DNA of 64,000 nucleotides from Chitinophagaceae bacterium UBA1946 (lineage in GTDB: Bacteria > Bacteroidota > Bacteroidia > Chitinophagales > Chitinophagaceae): NCBI GenBank assembly GCA_002336815.1, contig DDEU01000078.1, forward strand, positions 11,474-75,473, read 5' to 3'. This document shows positions 1-9,939 of the stretch, one piece after another. Positions within the stretch are counted from its first letter, which is position 1. Each line of letters starts with the position of its first letter. Below the pieces are notes generated by a model. The model saw only the letters and a program-made list of their open reading frames with translations, was not told the DNA's origin and made no database searches. Both the position numbers and the translations under genes were made by a program.

Positions 1-2188
1 GTGCTGCCGGTTGCCAGTATACAGTGTCAGCGCCTGCTCCATGCAATGTGGCGCTGCTATTGTAACAAATCGTGATATCGTTGCCTGCTTTTGCGATCGG
101 TGCCTTGTTTACATGGATGATCACAGTATCCGTGCCTTTGCAAATGCCTTTTGAGCCTGTAACAATGTACCTGGTGGTTGATGAAGGTGCAGCAAGAGGA
201 CTTTGCAGGGCATCGTTGTTCAGTCCCGTTGAAGGCTCCCATGAATAAAGATTTCCACCCGAGGCAGTTGTAAGCGTTACGGGAACGCCTTCGCAGGTGA
301 AGGTATCTGCAATGGTTTTTATTCTCAACACATTGGAAAAGGGAATCACGAACGGCCTTGGCAATGCCGTACAACCACTACTATCTGTAACGTATACGGT
401 ATAATTGCCACGAAATAGGTTAAATGTGTCTGCGCTGTTAAAAACAACGCTGTCTATAGAAAACAGGTAAGGCGCTACGCCTCCTGTAACTACAATCTGT
501 GCAATTCCATCAGGCAGGCCGCTGCAACTCGCTGCAGTGCTGATCACATTTGTAACACGGGGATCAGTGTTCTGCTGGTCCAAAAAATAATTAATGCTGT
601 CAACGCATCCCACAGCATCTTTCATCTTTAAAATATAAAATCCTTTCGCCAGGTTGCTAAAAACGCTGTCGCCACCGTACGGTGCATTGTTGAATGAAAA
701 GGCAAGGGGTCGCTGCCATTCAGCGCCACCGCTCATGCTGATGCTGCCATTGCTGCTGTTGCGGCAGGTAACTTTTTCTGTTGCATCCAGGAATAGTTTT
801 TTTTGAAAAACAATAGCAGAGTCCCTGGCTTTACAGGTGCCGTTGGATGCGGTGCAGTAGTAAGTTGTTTGGGCTGCAGTTGGTGTAGCTATAGGATTGC
901 GGATATTCGTATTGTTTAGTGTGCTGTTATTGTCCCAGCGGTACAGGGCATAACCAGCGGGTGCCGCCAATTGCAGGTTTTGCCTTCGGCAGGTAATGGC
1001 TGAATCCGGCGTGATGTTCATCGGTTCATAATCTCTAACCTGTATTTCGATGCTGTCGTTAAAAGCCGGTGCGTCGGTATTGCAACTATACAGTGCTGTT
1101 ATCTTCAGGGTTTCGATGCCTTCATCTATATTATCAACAATGGGATTGATATCAAGAAAAACTTCCGTCTGCCCGGCCGGGATAACTACGGCGGTTGGCA
1201 ATAGTCTTACATCGGTTCCATTGCCTGCCGTACCACTGTACTGAAGTGTCACCGGGGTTGCATCTGTTGTTACAAAGGGCTTGCTGATCCTGAGGCGCCT
1301 GCTGGCACAGCCTTCTACTACATAGGGTTTACCGGCTGCATCTGCGGGAAACGAACCGGAAAAACTGATGTTCCTGGAAATGAGACTTTTTGCTTCGAGG
1401 AAAACGCCGCTGTCCACGCCATCATCCACGGCATCGGTGATCACCAGTTTAAGGTGATAGGTTTGGCACTTAATGACGCGGCGGCCGGCTACCAGTACCT
1501 TTGTATGTCCATCATGCGTGAAAAAAGTATTGAGTGTATTGTCTGTATAATAACCCGTGTTGTTGTTACAGGTAACACCGGCTACATTGTTCACGTTCTT
1601 TATAGAAACCGGGATATCCGTGCCCGGTACCAGGGCGATATTTTCCAGTCCGGTAATGCCCGGCCCCGAAATAAAGAAAGCAAATGCATCGTTGAAACTG
1701 CATACATACCTGGGCGCATATTCTTCTGAACTAAAAACATATTTGAAGCTTACACTGTCGCCAACGGGAACAAAGTCAAATTCCAGGATGCAGGCATCAT
1801 GCAGGGTATTGGTATCAACATGCAGTACGGCGGCAATGTCAATATCGCCGGCCAATCCAAGGTGATTGCTTGCCAGTATGGAATCGGCAGTGCGGCTTTC
1901 ATCGCCTTCCAAACCAATAATGCCTCTTACGCCTGATGCAATACCTGTGGTGAGTACAATGCCGCTGTCGATGTGGAGATTAGTAGCAGTGCCCTGGTTG
2001 TAGAAGATACCTGCCATCTGTGCATTGCCGGTAAAGCGAACATTGGATACCTGCACGCCTGTGCCGGTTAATTTTTGTGCCAGTTCCTCTGCTGTAAAAA
2101 TGCTGTTGATGGAGAGTTGTGCATCACACACGAATGCTGTGCAAACACAAAAACAAGCAAGACAATACCTGGTAAAATAACTTCTCAT
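1..2188 (-). CDS. Secreted choice-of-anchor L domain protein with SprB/PKD-like repeats (probable T9SS cargo); 3' end outside window
   Basis: ATG at 2188 (MRSYFTRYCLACFCVCTAFVCDAQLSINS...). Motifs DSGIVLTTG, DACILEFDFVP, YVFSSEEY, FNDAFAFFISGPGI, YHLKLVITDAVD..DSGVFL. Frame still coding-like at position 2. Missing from the ORF track because it has no stop in the window. Confidence 0.85.
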   Translation of the reverse strand, partial: MRSYFTRYCLACFCVCTAFVCDAQLSINSIFTAEELAQKLTGTGVQVSNVRFTGNAQMAGIFYNQGTATNLHIDSGIVLTTGIASGVRGIIGLEGDESRTADSILASNHLGLAGDIDIAAVLHVDTNTLHDACILEFDFVPVGDSVSFKYVFSSEEYAPRYVCSFNDAFAFFISGPGITGLENIALVPGTDIPVSIKNVNNVAGVTCNNNTGYYTDNTLNTFFTHDGHTKVLVAGRRVIKCQTYHLKLVITDAVDDGVDSGVFLEAKSLISRNISFSGSFPADAAGKPYVVEGCASRRLRISKPFVTTDATPVTLQYSGTAGNGTDVRLLPTAVVIPAGQTEVFLDINPIVDNIDEGIETLKITALYSCNTDAPAFNDSIEIQVRDYEPMNITPDSAITCRRQNLQLAAPAGYALYRWDNNSTLNNTNIRNPIATPTAAQTTYYCTASNGTCKARDSAIVFQKKLFLDATEKVTCRNSSNGSISMSGGAEWQRPLAFSFNNAPYGGDSVFSNLAKGFYILKMKDAVGCVDSINYFLDQQNTDPRVTNVISTAASCSGLPDGIAQIVVTGGVAPYLFSIDSVVFNSADTFNLFRGNYTVYVTDSSGCTALPRPFVIPFSNVLRIKTIADTFTCEGVPVTLTTASGGNLYSWEPSTGLNNDALQSPLAAPSSTTRYIVTGSKGICKGTDTVIIHVNKAPIAKAGNDITICYNSSATLHGAGADTVYWQPAA

Positions 2189-2263
2189 TAAGCAACGCTG
2201 AAGATTAAAGATAAATAAAAACTGCTGCAGCGCTGCTTATCTTCTGTCAACATGCATTATCGG

Positions 2264-3073
2264 TCAACCACCGGTGGCAAATCCTTCAAAAACAGTCATG
2301 CCGCCATCAATAAAGATGCTGGCCCCCGTAATATAGTCGCTGTCATCGCTTGCTAAAAATACGGCCAGTTTACCGATGTCGTCAGGTACACCGATCCTGT
2401 TATACGGTATCAATGTCATCAGACTATTGTATGCTTCGGGTGTGCTCCAGGCGGCTGTGTTGATGGGAGTTTTAATGGCACCCGGACAAATGCTGTTCAC
2501 CCTTATCTTACTGCCGCCATATTCCTGCGCCAGTGTTTGCATCAGCATTTTGATAGCGCCTTTTGAACTGGCGTAATTGGCGTGGCCCGCCCATGGGATC
2601 ATTTCGTGAACACTGCTCATGCAAATGATCTTGCCGCAGGCAGCAGACCGTTCCGCTACAACGCCTCTTTTTAAAAATTCTTTGATGGCTTCTCTTGCGC
2701 ATAAAAACTGGCCGGTGAGGTTTACATCGATCACCAGTTGCCATTGTGCAAGTGTCATCTCATGAAAGCGGGCATCTTTTTGTAATCCTGCATTGTTCAC
2801 GAGTATATCGATGGTACCAAAATGGGCGATGGCCTGTTCAAACATGCCGATCACCTGGTCTTCCTTACTCACATCTGCCTGCAGGGCAATGGCATCGCCC
2901 CCGGCTGCTTTGATCTGCGCCACCACGGCATCTGCAGCTTCCGGCCTGGACACATAGTTAACGATCACACTGGCGCCTGCTGCACCCAGTGCAATGGCCA
3001 CTCCTTCTCCAATGCCACTATTGGCGCCTGTTACAAGGGCTGTTTGCCCGCTTAATTTTTTATCTGCATGCAT
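2264..3073 (-). CDS. SDR family oxidoreductase, glucose 1-dehydrogenase-like
   Basis: TGANSGIG Rossmann motif, NNAG, SSVHEMIPW, YASSK catalytic motif, PGAIKTPIN typical of glucose 1-dehydrogenases. Confidence 0.9.
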   Translation of the reverse strand: MHADKKLSGQTALVTGANSGIGEGVAIALGAAGASVIVNYVSRPEAADAVVAQIKAAGGDAIALQADVSKEDQVIGMFEQAIAHFGTIDILVNNAGLQKDARFHEMTLAQWQLVIDVNLTGQFLCAREAIKEFLKRGVVAERSAACGKIICMSSVHEMIPWAGHANYASSKGAIKMLMQTLAQEYGGSKIRVNSICPGAIKTPINTAAWSTPEAYNSLMTLIPYNRIGVPDDIGKLAVFLASDDSDYITGASIFIDGGMTVFEGFATGG

Positions 3074-3080
3074 AAAAATA

Positions 3081-3332
3081 TTAGTGTTTTAGTTTGTAGT
3101 AAAGGATGATCGCTGCAAATGCAAACGTGATCGCATTGGCCACCATTACCGGTGTATTGCCACTGAAGATGCCGAACAGCAGCCACAGCACAGTGCCGGT
3201 GGTGAACAGGAGGTACATCGAAAGAGAAATGCCGGTGGTGTCTTTTGTGCGGATGGTTTTAACAGCCTGTGGTAAAAAAGAAACTGTAGTGCAAAAGGCG
3301 GCTGTAAAGCCGATGACTGTTATCCAATCCAT
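3081..3332 (-). CDS. SemiSWEET (PQ-loop/MtN3) sugar transporter
   Basis: 83 aa, three hydrophobic helices, TTVSFLPQ PQ-loop, TKDTTGIS, LWLLFG, ANAIT. Confidence 0.92.
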   Translation of the reverse strand: MDWITVIGFTAAFCTTVSFLPQAVKTIRTKDTTGISLSMYLLFTTGTVLWLLFGIFSGNTPVMVANAITFAFAAIILYYKLKH

Positions 3333-3375
3333 GCGTTGATTTTTGTTGGTGAAATTGAGTACTGTAAAATTAACG

Positions 3376-4620
3376 CTATTGGATACTGAGGTTACCCTGT
3401 ACTAAAAAATTCTTTCCCGTATTTACCAACAATATGGCACCGGCGGGCAGACTGTAAGGAATGTCTAAGATGCAGGTACCGCCTGCTTCGGGGTCAATGC
3501 TGATCTTATTGCCCGGGTAAATGATGGATGGGGGAGGCAGGTGGTATTTCCAGTTGGCAGCATCGCTCCAGTTACCATTGCCGGTAAAGATGTACTCCGT
3601 AAAATGGCTGCCGGTAAAACTGCTGATATCGAATGCCCTTAATTTCTGATTGACATTGATGGTGAAGGGGCCGATTGTTTGTACAAATTTTTCGTTACAG
3701 AGATAACCGTACTTTCCATTCCGGAAACAAAGACCTTCACTTTGTCCCATCACAGTGGCATTGGGCAGGTTGATCAATCTTTTGTTGCCGGTGAAAAAAC
3801 TGTCGGCTTTATAGTCGGATAAAATGTACAGGAAATGATTGCCGGCACCGCTGTTTTGATAACCGAGCAACGCAATGATGTTTTGTCCCTGCACTTTATC
3901 AGCAGCTGTTACTAAAAATCCGGTAGACAATGTTTCCACGGGCGCAGCTATGTACGTGCCACCGGTAATGCCATCGATCACATAATGTATGCTGCTGTTA
4001 TTAACCCAGTTCTTTGAAAAAAGGTGCACCTGGTGATTGAATACGATCATCGCTTCGCAATCAAATTTTGTATTGTTGTAGCCAGACGCCTGTGCAGGTT
4101 GCGGCTGATCGGCGTAAGTGAATTGAATGGTTTCGATTGCTGCTGCATCAATGGTATCAACTGCGTTGTTCAGACGGATCGCATTGAAAGGAAATTTATA
4201 AATTTTCAAGTCGGTTCTGCCGCCGGTTTGGTTATTGCCAAAATCACCTATGTAAAAAAAGCTACCATCAAAATCGATCTCTTCCCAATCCGTATTGGTA
4301 ATGCCATTCAATATTACCCGCTGCTGTATGGTATTGGTGATACTGTCGATTCGGTATAAGCAAGCCTTTCCACCACGATCGTTAAAACTCCACAAGTAAC
4401 CGCCTGCCATTCTTAAGCCACTGCTTTCGATCAATGAATCGCTGATGGGATCAACCTTTATAACCGGTGTATAAGTAACCGTATTGTAAGTGCAGGAGCC
4501 ATTATTGCTTTCCGCAGTTGCATTGTAATTGTTTGCCAGCGGATCTGTACAACCCTGTACCTGGCTGTAGGAAGACATACAAGCCAGCAGGAACAAAAGG
4601 AACAGGACGCTATTTTTCAT
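3376..4620 (-). CDS. Secreted hypothetical protein (GCTDPxANNYN motif, propeller-like core) with Trp-rich C-terminal module
   Basis: Signal peptide; GCTDPLANNYN; ESSGL, DWEEI, YIGDFGNN, DCEA motifs; C-terminus FTGNGNWSDAANW...LSIQ. Confidence 0.8.
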   Translation of the reverse strand: MKNSVLFLLFLLACMSSYSQVQGCTDPLANNYNATAESNNGSCTYNTVTYTPVIKVDPISDSLIESSGLRMAGGYLWSFNDRGGKACLYRIDSITNTIQQRVILNGITNTDWEEIDFDGSFFYIGDFGNNQTGGRTDLKIYKFPFNAIRLNNAVDTIDAAAIETIQFTYADQPQPAQASGYNNTKFDCEAMIVFNHQVHLFSKNWVNNSSIHYVIDGITGGTYIAAPVETLSTGFLVTAADKVQGQNIIALLGYQNSGAGNHFLYILSDYKADSFFTGNKRLINLPNATVMGQSEGLCFRNGKYGYLCNEKFVQTIGPFTINVNQKLRAFDISSFTGSHFTEYIFTGNGNWSDAANWKYHLPPPSIIYPGNKISIDPEAGGTCILDIPYSLPAGAILLVNTGKNFLVQGNLSIQ

Positions 4621-4745
4621 GCTGCGGATTGGTTAGTAATAGAGAACCGAATGCAATGTATTGAAATGATCTGTAAGATAGGAGGCATTGCCATTTGGCG
4701 GGCAGTAGCAATAGGGTTGCCTGAAAGATGATTCCTGTGAAAAAA

Positions 4746-6155
4746 TTATTTCACCACTGCTCCCTGCTCTATCCAGCAACGCAGGGTATTTCTTTCTCCA
4801 GGAGTGATATTGGTTTTGTTGTTCTGCGGCATCGTTTTAGTGATCACCACCCGCTGCATGATAAGATCTTTCTTTTTTACGACCTGGTCAGGGGTATCGT
4901 ACATCACACCATTTGGTGCTGCGGTGTACACATCATCCGTTGGTTTGGCAGAATGACATTGCACACATCTTTTTTGAATGATGGCATTCACTTCCGCAAA
5001 ACTTACATTGGGCTTGCACTCATCGGTATTTTTTTGCGGCGCAGTAACAAAACACACTGCCAGCAGTACTGCAACAGATACGGGAAGAATGAATACGTTG
5101 TATCGTCCTTTTTCTTTTAGGTTGAGGTAATGTTTTACACCGGCTGCTCCCAATGAAATGGCTGCCAGCACTGCCCAGGATTGTGCATTGCCAAATGTGC
5201 TGGGAAAGTGATTGCTCACCATCACGAATAGAACGGGCAGTGTGAAATAGTTGTTGTGTAGTGATCTTGCCAGGGCTTTTTTGCCGTAAGATGGATCCAC
5301 CGGCTGGCCGATCTTTGCAGCAGCCACCATTGCTTTCTGCCCGGGGATGATCACGAAAAAAACATTGGCCGCCATCAACGACCCGATCATGGCACCAAAA
5401 TGAATATAGGCTGCCCTTGCATTAAAAACATGTGCATAGAACCAGGCAAAGCCGGTAAGCAATGCAAAGCCAATGATCGCAAATGCCAGCGGTTTCTTTA
5501 TGAGAGGCGATTTGCAAAGCAGGTCGTACAACAGCCAGGCTACCACGAACGATCCTACGCCGATGCTGATGGCCTGGGCAGCACTGAGGTTCATTACCGT
5601 ACTGTCGATGAGCATTGCTTTGGCATTGAAATAATAAACCACGAACAATAAACTGAAGCCGGAAACCCAGGTGAAATAGGCCTCGTATTTAAACCAGTGT
5701 AGATGTTTGGGCAGTGTTTTGGGGGCGACTTTATATTTCTCCAGGTAATAAAAACCGCCGCCATGTACGGCCCATAAATTACCCGCCAGTTCATCCCTTA
5801 CATCCTCTGTTCTGTTCAAAGCATTTTCTAAAAAAACAAAATAGAAAGAAGCCCCGATCCATGCGATGCCAAATGTGATGTGCATCAGTCGCACCACGAT
5901 ATTCAGCCATTCCATTAAATGCCCTTCGTAAGGCGTACCTTTTACGAGGTACCAGGTGTAGGCGATCATGGCAATGATCACTAATACCAGTGAAGTGTAC
6001 ACGAAGCCCTGCGAAAGGTTCAGGTGATTTTTATTGTCCTCGGTTGCATCATGCGAAGCCTTCTCCAGGTGATGAAACTGGTAGGTCATAATTACCAGCA
6101 TCAGCAGTATGAATGAGAGAACGGCATAAACGAGCACATGCACCATATTCTGCAT
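4746..6155 (-). CDS. puuD: Urate hydroxylase PuuD (membrane domain + C-terminal cytochrome c)
   Basis: HITFGIAWIGASFYF, WAVHGGGFY, LHWFKYEAYFTWVSGF, RSLHNNYFTLPVLFVMVSNH; C-terminal CVQCH haem motif; next to allantoin genes. Confidence 0.92.
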   Translation of the reverse strand: MQNMVHVLVYAVLSFILLMLVIMTYQFHHLEKASHDATEDNKNHLNLSQGFVYTSLVLVIIAMIAYTWYLVKGTPYEGHLMEWLNIVVRLMHITFGIAWIGASFYFVFLENALNRTEDVRDELAGNLWAVHGGGFYYLEKYKVAPKTLPKHLHWFKYEAYFTWVSGFSLLFVVYYFNAKAMLIDSTVMNLSAAQAISIGVGSFVVAWLLYDLLCKSPLIKKPLAFAIIGFALLTGFAWFYAHVFNARAAYIHFGAMIGSLMAANVFFVIIPGQKAMVAAAKIGQPVDPSYGKKALARSLHNNYFTLPVLFVMVSNHFPSTFGNAQSWAVLAAISLGAAGVKHYLNLKEKGRYNVFILPVSVAVLLAVCFVTAPQKNTDECKPNVSFAEVNAIIQKRCVQCHSAKPTDDVYTAAPNGVMYDTPDQVVKKKDLIMQRVVITKTMPQNNKTNITPGERNTLRCWIEQGAVVK

Positions 6156-6224
6156 TTTTTGTTTTGGTGAAGGTCACAATTTAAAATATTGTTTTGTATT
6201 TTTATCGTTTCTAAAAAATTTTCA

Positions 6225-7574
6225 GTGAAAGCTTTTCATAGCACAAGAGTTATATTGCCAAACAGGATCAAAGAAGCAGTGGTAATGGTTGCTGATGGAG
6301 TGATCAAAAGCATTGATGCCGGCTTACCCGTAACTGCCGGTGTTGAACTGGTAGAATTGGGCGATAAGATACTGATGCCCGGGGTAATCGATACACATGT
6401 TCACATCAACGAACCGGGCCGCACAGAATGGGAAGGTTTTGATACAGCCACCAAAGCGGCCATTGCAGGCGGCATCACCACATTGGTAGATATGCCGCTC
6501 AATTCATCACCGGTAACTACCAGTGCCGCAGCCTTCGATGAAAAGATCGCTGCAAGCTTCGACAAACTCAGCACGCTGACAAAGCTCCATGCGAATGTTG
6601 GTCTTTGGGGTGGCGTAGTGCCGGGCAATGAAAGTGAGATTGAACCATTGATCAAAAAGGGTGTGCTGGGGTTTAAAGCATTTCTTACGCATTCCGGCAT
6701 TGATGATTTTTCCAATGCTACGGAAGAAGATCTGCGTAAGGCCATGCCCATCATTGCAAAATACAATTTGCCATTGCTGGTGCACTGTGAATTGACCGAT
6801 AATGAACAGCGGTCAGCCATCAACGAACAACGTTCTTATACCAACTATTTGAACAGCCGTCCCAAACATTGGGAAGATGATGCTGTGGCCATGATGATCC
6901 GGCTCTGCGAAGAATTCAATTGCCCCACGCACATTGTTCATTTGTCTTCGGCCGGTTCACTGGAACAGATCGCTGCTGCAAAGCAAAAAAGTTTGCCGCT
7001 GACAGTTGAAACGGGACAGCACTATCTCTATTTTAATGCAGAAGATATCAGGGACGGACAAACGCAATTCAAATGTGCGCCACCCATCCGGGAAAAAGCC
7101 AATAATGAAAAATTATGGCAGGCATTAAAAGATGGGCTGATCGATCTTGTAGCAACCGATCACTCGCCGGCAACGCCATCTTTGAAAGAAATTGAAAGCG
7201 GTGATTTTATAAAGGCATGGGGTGGCATCGCTTCCATCCAGTTTGCCTTGCCGGTTTTGTGGACAGCAGCGAAGCTACGGAATTGCTCTTTCAGTGATAT
7301 CGCTAAATGGCTTTGTGAGCATCCTGCAAAACTCGCCGGGCTGCAACATCAAAAAGGTAAGATCGCCATCGGTTTTGATGCCGACCTTGTGGTAGTGAAC
7401 GATGCTGCATCTTTTGTGGTGGATGAACAGGGTTGTTATCATAAACATAAAGTATCACCGTATATGGGAGAAACCTTGTGCGGAGTAGTGGAACAAACTT
7501 ATTTAAGGGGAGAAAAGGTTTTTGCTGATGGACGTTTTATTGAATTGAATAAAGGAAAGGTAATTTTAAGGTAA
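6225..7574 (+). CDS. allB: Allantoinase (amidohydrolase superfamily)
   Basis: DTHVHINEPGRTEWEGF, DMPLNSSP, GFKAF, FKCAPPIR, ATDHSP, AWGGIAS. Probable GTG start at 6225 (ORF track uses TTG 6189). Confidence 0.93.
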   Translation: MKAFHSTRVILPNRIKEAVVMVADGVIKSIDAGLPVTAGVELVELGDKILMPGVIDTHVHINEPGRTEWEGFDTATKAAIAGGITTLVDMPLNSSPVTTSAAAFDEKIAASFDKLSTLTKLHANVGLWGGVVPGNESEIEPLIKKGVLGFKAFLTHSGIDDFSNATEEDLRKAMPIIAKYNLPLLVHCELTDNEQRSAINEQRSYTNYLNSRPKHWEDDAVAMMIRLCEEFNCPTHIVHLSSAGSLEQIAAAKQKSLPLTVETGQHYLYFNAEDIRDGQTQFKCAPPIREKANNEKLWQALKDGLIDLVATDHSPATPSLKEIESGDFIKAWGGIASIQFALPVLWTAAKLRNCSFSDIAKWLCEHPAKLAGLQHQKGKIAIGFDADLVVVNDAASFVVDEQGCYHKHKVSPYMGETLCGVVEQTYLRGEKVFADGRFIELNKGKVILR

Positions 7575-7582
7575 GGATATTG

Positions 7583-7869
7583 CACGCAAAGCCGCAAAGT
7601 AAATAAGCCGCAAATTTAAGTGGAGACAGACTTCCTTAGCGTCTTTGCTTCTTAGCTCCTTTGCGTGAAAAAAGTAAGGCATTTACATAAAAGGAATGTG
7701 TGATTTAATTTACAAAGTTTAACGCAAAGCCGCAAAGTAAATAAGCCGCAAATTTAAGTGGAGACAGACTTCCTTAGCGTCTTTGCTTCTTAGCTCCTTT
7801 GCGTGAAAAAAAAGCATAATTTGGTTTACAAACTTTCACGCAAGGCGCAAAGTAAATGAGCCGCAAATT
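7583..7869. repeat. Tandem 90-bp palindromic (REP/BIME-like) repeat: two identical copies plus a partial third
   Basis: 7584-7673 and 7722-7811 read identically (acgcaaagccgcaaag...ctttgcgtgaaaaaa). Left-arm-only copy at 7837-7869. Unit ends cacgcaaag/ctttgcgtg are inverted repeats. Confidence 0.92.
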
Positions 7870-7922
7870 ATCTTCCTGTAATAACTGGTCTACATAGAAA
7901 ATAAAACGATTGACAAAAACAT

Positions 7923-8927
7923 ATGAGCGCAAACACATTTAACAACTTAATTGACCTGGCTGCCGAACGCCTCGGTGGTAAAACATTGCTTTGTACCGAT
8001 GATTTCTTCGCAGAAAAAGAAAACCTGTTAAAACCCGGTCGTGGTATTTTTATCGCTGATAAATATACTGATCGTGGTAAATGGATGGATGGCTGGGAGA
8101 GCCGCCGCAAAAGGGTTCCGGGGCACGACTGGTGTGTGATCCAACTGGCAACATCCGGCCGCATTCATGAAGTAGATATTGATACCAATCATTTTTTGGG
8201 CAATCATCCTCCCTTTGCATCGCTGGAAGCAGCGAATATTGCTGATGTAAATGGTATTGATTTTGATTCGGTGAACTGGGTGGAAATATTGCCCAAAATG
8301 TCGCTGCAACCCGGATCGCAAAACATTTTTGAAATTGAAGACCGGGCTATTTATACCCATCTTCGCCTGCACATTTATCCCGATGGTGGTGTGGCAAGAT
8401 TAAAGGTATACGGGGAGGTTTTCAAAGACTGGAGCAAAGTGGATGCGACTGAACTGATCGACCTGGCGGCGGCTACCAATGGCGCCAAATCTGTGTTGTG
8501 TAACGACATGTTCTTTTCCCACATGGACAATCTCATCATGCCCGGCCGTGGGGTGAATATGGGCGATGGATGGGAAACAAAACGCAACCGTACGCCCAAT
8601 AACAAAGATTGGGTAATGGTGAAACTGGCGCATAGGGGCAGCATCAAAAAAGCGCTGATCGATACCTGTCATTTCAAGGGCAATTACCCTGACAGTTGCA
8701 TGATCGAAGGATGCAATATAGAAGCCGGCAAGAAAGCAGACCTGCAAAGCGACGGGATAAAATGGTCAACCATTCTGCCGCAGACAAAACTGCAGGCCGA
8801 TCATGAGCATTATTTTGAAACGGAACTGCAAAATACCGATCAGCATTTTACGCATGTGCGGTTGACCATTTTTCCTGATGGTGGCATCAGCAGGATGAGG
8901 CTGTGGGGAACGATAGGATTGTTATAA
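7923..8927 (+). CDS. alc: Allantoicase
   Basis: Two allantoicase repeats: DGWESRRKR...HDW...IYPDGGVARL and DGWETKRNR...KDW...IFPDGGISRM. Confidence 0.95.
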   Translation: MSANTFNNLIDLAAERLGGKTLLCTDDFFAEKENLLKPGRGIFIADKYTDRGKWMDGWESRRKRVPGHDWCVIQLATSGRIHEVDIDTNHFLGNHPPFASLEAANIADVNGIDFDSVNWVEILPKMSLQPGSQNIFEIEDRAIYTHLRLHIYPDGGVARLKVYGEVFKDWSKVDATELIDLAAATNGAKSVLCNDMFFSHMDNLIMPGRGVNMGDGWETKRNRTPNNKDWVMVKLAHRGSIKKALIDTCHFKGNYPDSCMIEGCNIEAGKKADLQSDGIKWSTILPQTKLQADHEHYFETELQNTDQHFTHVRLTIFPDGGISRMRLWGTIGLL

Positions 8928-8930
8928 ATG

Positions 8931-9005
8931 ATGAATGTTGAATTTTGAATTAAACAACAATTCTCATTAACTCAAAATGCAAAATTCAAAACTCAAAAGT
9001 CAAAA
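8931..9005. repeat. Inverted heptamer arrays (TTGAATT-like / ANTCAAA-like) between alc and uraD
   Basis: atgaatg-ttgaatt-ttgaatt ... actcaaa-atgcaaa-attcaaa-actcaaa-agtcaaa. Confidence 0.7.
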
Positions 9006-9509
9006 ATGACACTGCACGAACTAAACATACTTCCCAAGGACCAGCTCAAAGCCGAGCTTTTCAAATGCTGCGGCAGTACCAACTGGGTTGAAAAGATGTT
9101 ACCCTTTTTTCCAGCCGACGATATGGTGGAGCTGATCAATGATGCAGAAGAGCAATGGTACGAATGCAGTGAAGCCGACTGGCTCGAAGCATTTACACAC
9201 CATCCAAAAATTGGGGATGTTGAATCACTAAAGAAAAAATTTGCAGCCACTGCACAGTGGGCAAGTGGTGAGCAGGGTGCTGTTGCCGAAGCGCCGCAGC
9301 AAGTATTGGAAGCATTGTCAAAGGGTAACAACGATTACGAACAAAAATTTGGTTTTATATTTATCGTATGTGCCACCGGCAAATCGGCGGCGGAAATGCT
9401 GGCCCTGCTGGAAGCCCGTCTTCCCAATAACCGGGAAGAGGAGATCCGGATCGCCATGGATGAGCAAAACAAGATCACACAATTACGTTTACAAAAATTA
9501 TTGTCATGA
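9006..9509 (+). CDS. uraD: 2-oxo-4-hydroxy-4-carboxy-5-ureidoimidazoline (OHCU) decarboxylase
   Basis: CCGSTNW, EAFTHHPKIG, EQ, YEQKFGFIFIVCATGKS, EQNKITQLRL. Confidence 0.95.
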   Translation: MTLHELNILPKDQLKAELFKCCGSTNWVEKMLPFFPADDMVELINDAEEQWYECSEADWLEAFTHHPKIGDVESLKKKFAATAQWASGEQGAVAEAPQQVLEALSKGNNDYEQKFGFIFIVCATGKSAAEMLALLEARLPNNREEEIRIAMDEQNKITQLRLQKLLS

Positions 9510-9844
9510 GCCAGGTAACCACACATATATTAGACACTACCAGGGGACGTCCTGCAGCAGGTGTAACCATTACGATGTTTGAAAAAGTAGGAATGGAATG
9601 GCTGGAAGTAGCAAGGGGAATTACCAACCAGGATGGGCGCATCAGCAACCTGTTAAAAGAAGATGTAATACTGCCTTATGGCGTGTATAAAATGAATTTC
9701 GATACCAAATCGTATTTTGAAGTACACGGGGTAGAATCGTTTTATCCCACCGTAGATATTATTTTCGAGATCAAAACCAAGGAACATTATCATGTGCCGT
9801 TGTTGTTGAATCCCTTTGGATACAGCACTTACAGGGGAAGTTAA
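9506..9844 (+). CDS. uraH: 5-hydroxyisourate hydrolase (transthyretin-like)
   Basis: TTHILDTTRGRPAAG, TNQDGR, HYHVPLLLNPFGYSTYRGS signature; ATGA overlap with uraD. Confidence 0.97.
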   Translation: MSQVTTHILDTTRGRPAAGVTITMFEKVGMEWLEVARGITNQDGRISNLLKEDVILPYGVYKMNFDTKSYFEVHGVESFYPTVDIIFEIKTKEHYHVPLLLNPFGYSTYRGS

Positions 9845-9849
9845 GTGCT

Positions 9850-9939
9850 ATTTTGAATGCTTAATGTTGAATTCGTTCTCAATCATTCAAGCATTTGTTC
9901 ATCAATTGATTCAAAATTTAAAATACAAAATTCAACATA
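9850..9939. repeat. Inverted heptamer arrays between uraH and the TIM-barrel gene
   Basis: ttttgaa-tgcttaa-tgttgaa ... ttcaaaa-tttaaaa-tacaaaa-ttcaaca. Confidence 0.6.

Noticed and set aside
7583-7869. CRISPR array
   Set aside because: Units are 90 bp, only two full copies, spacing is irregular and no cas genes are present; better explained as a REP/MITE-like repeat
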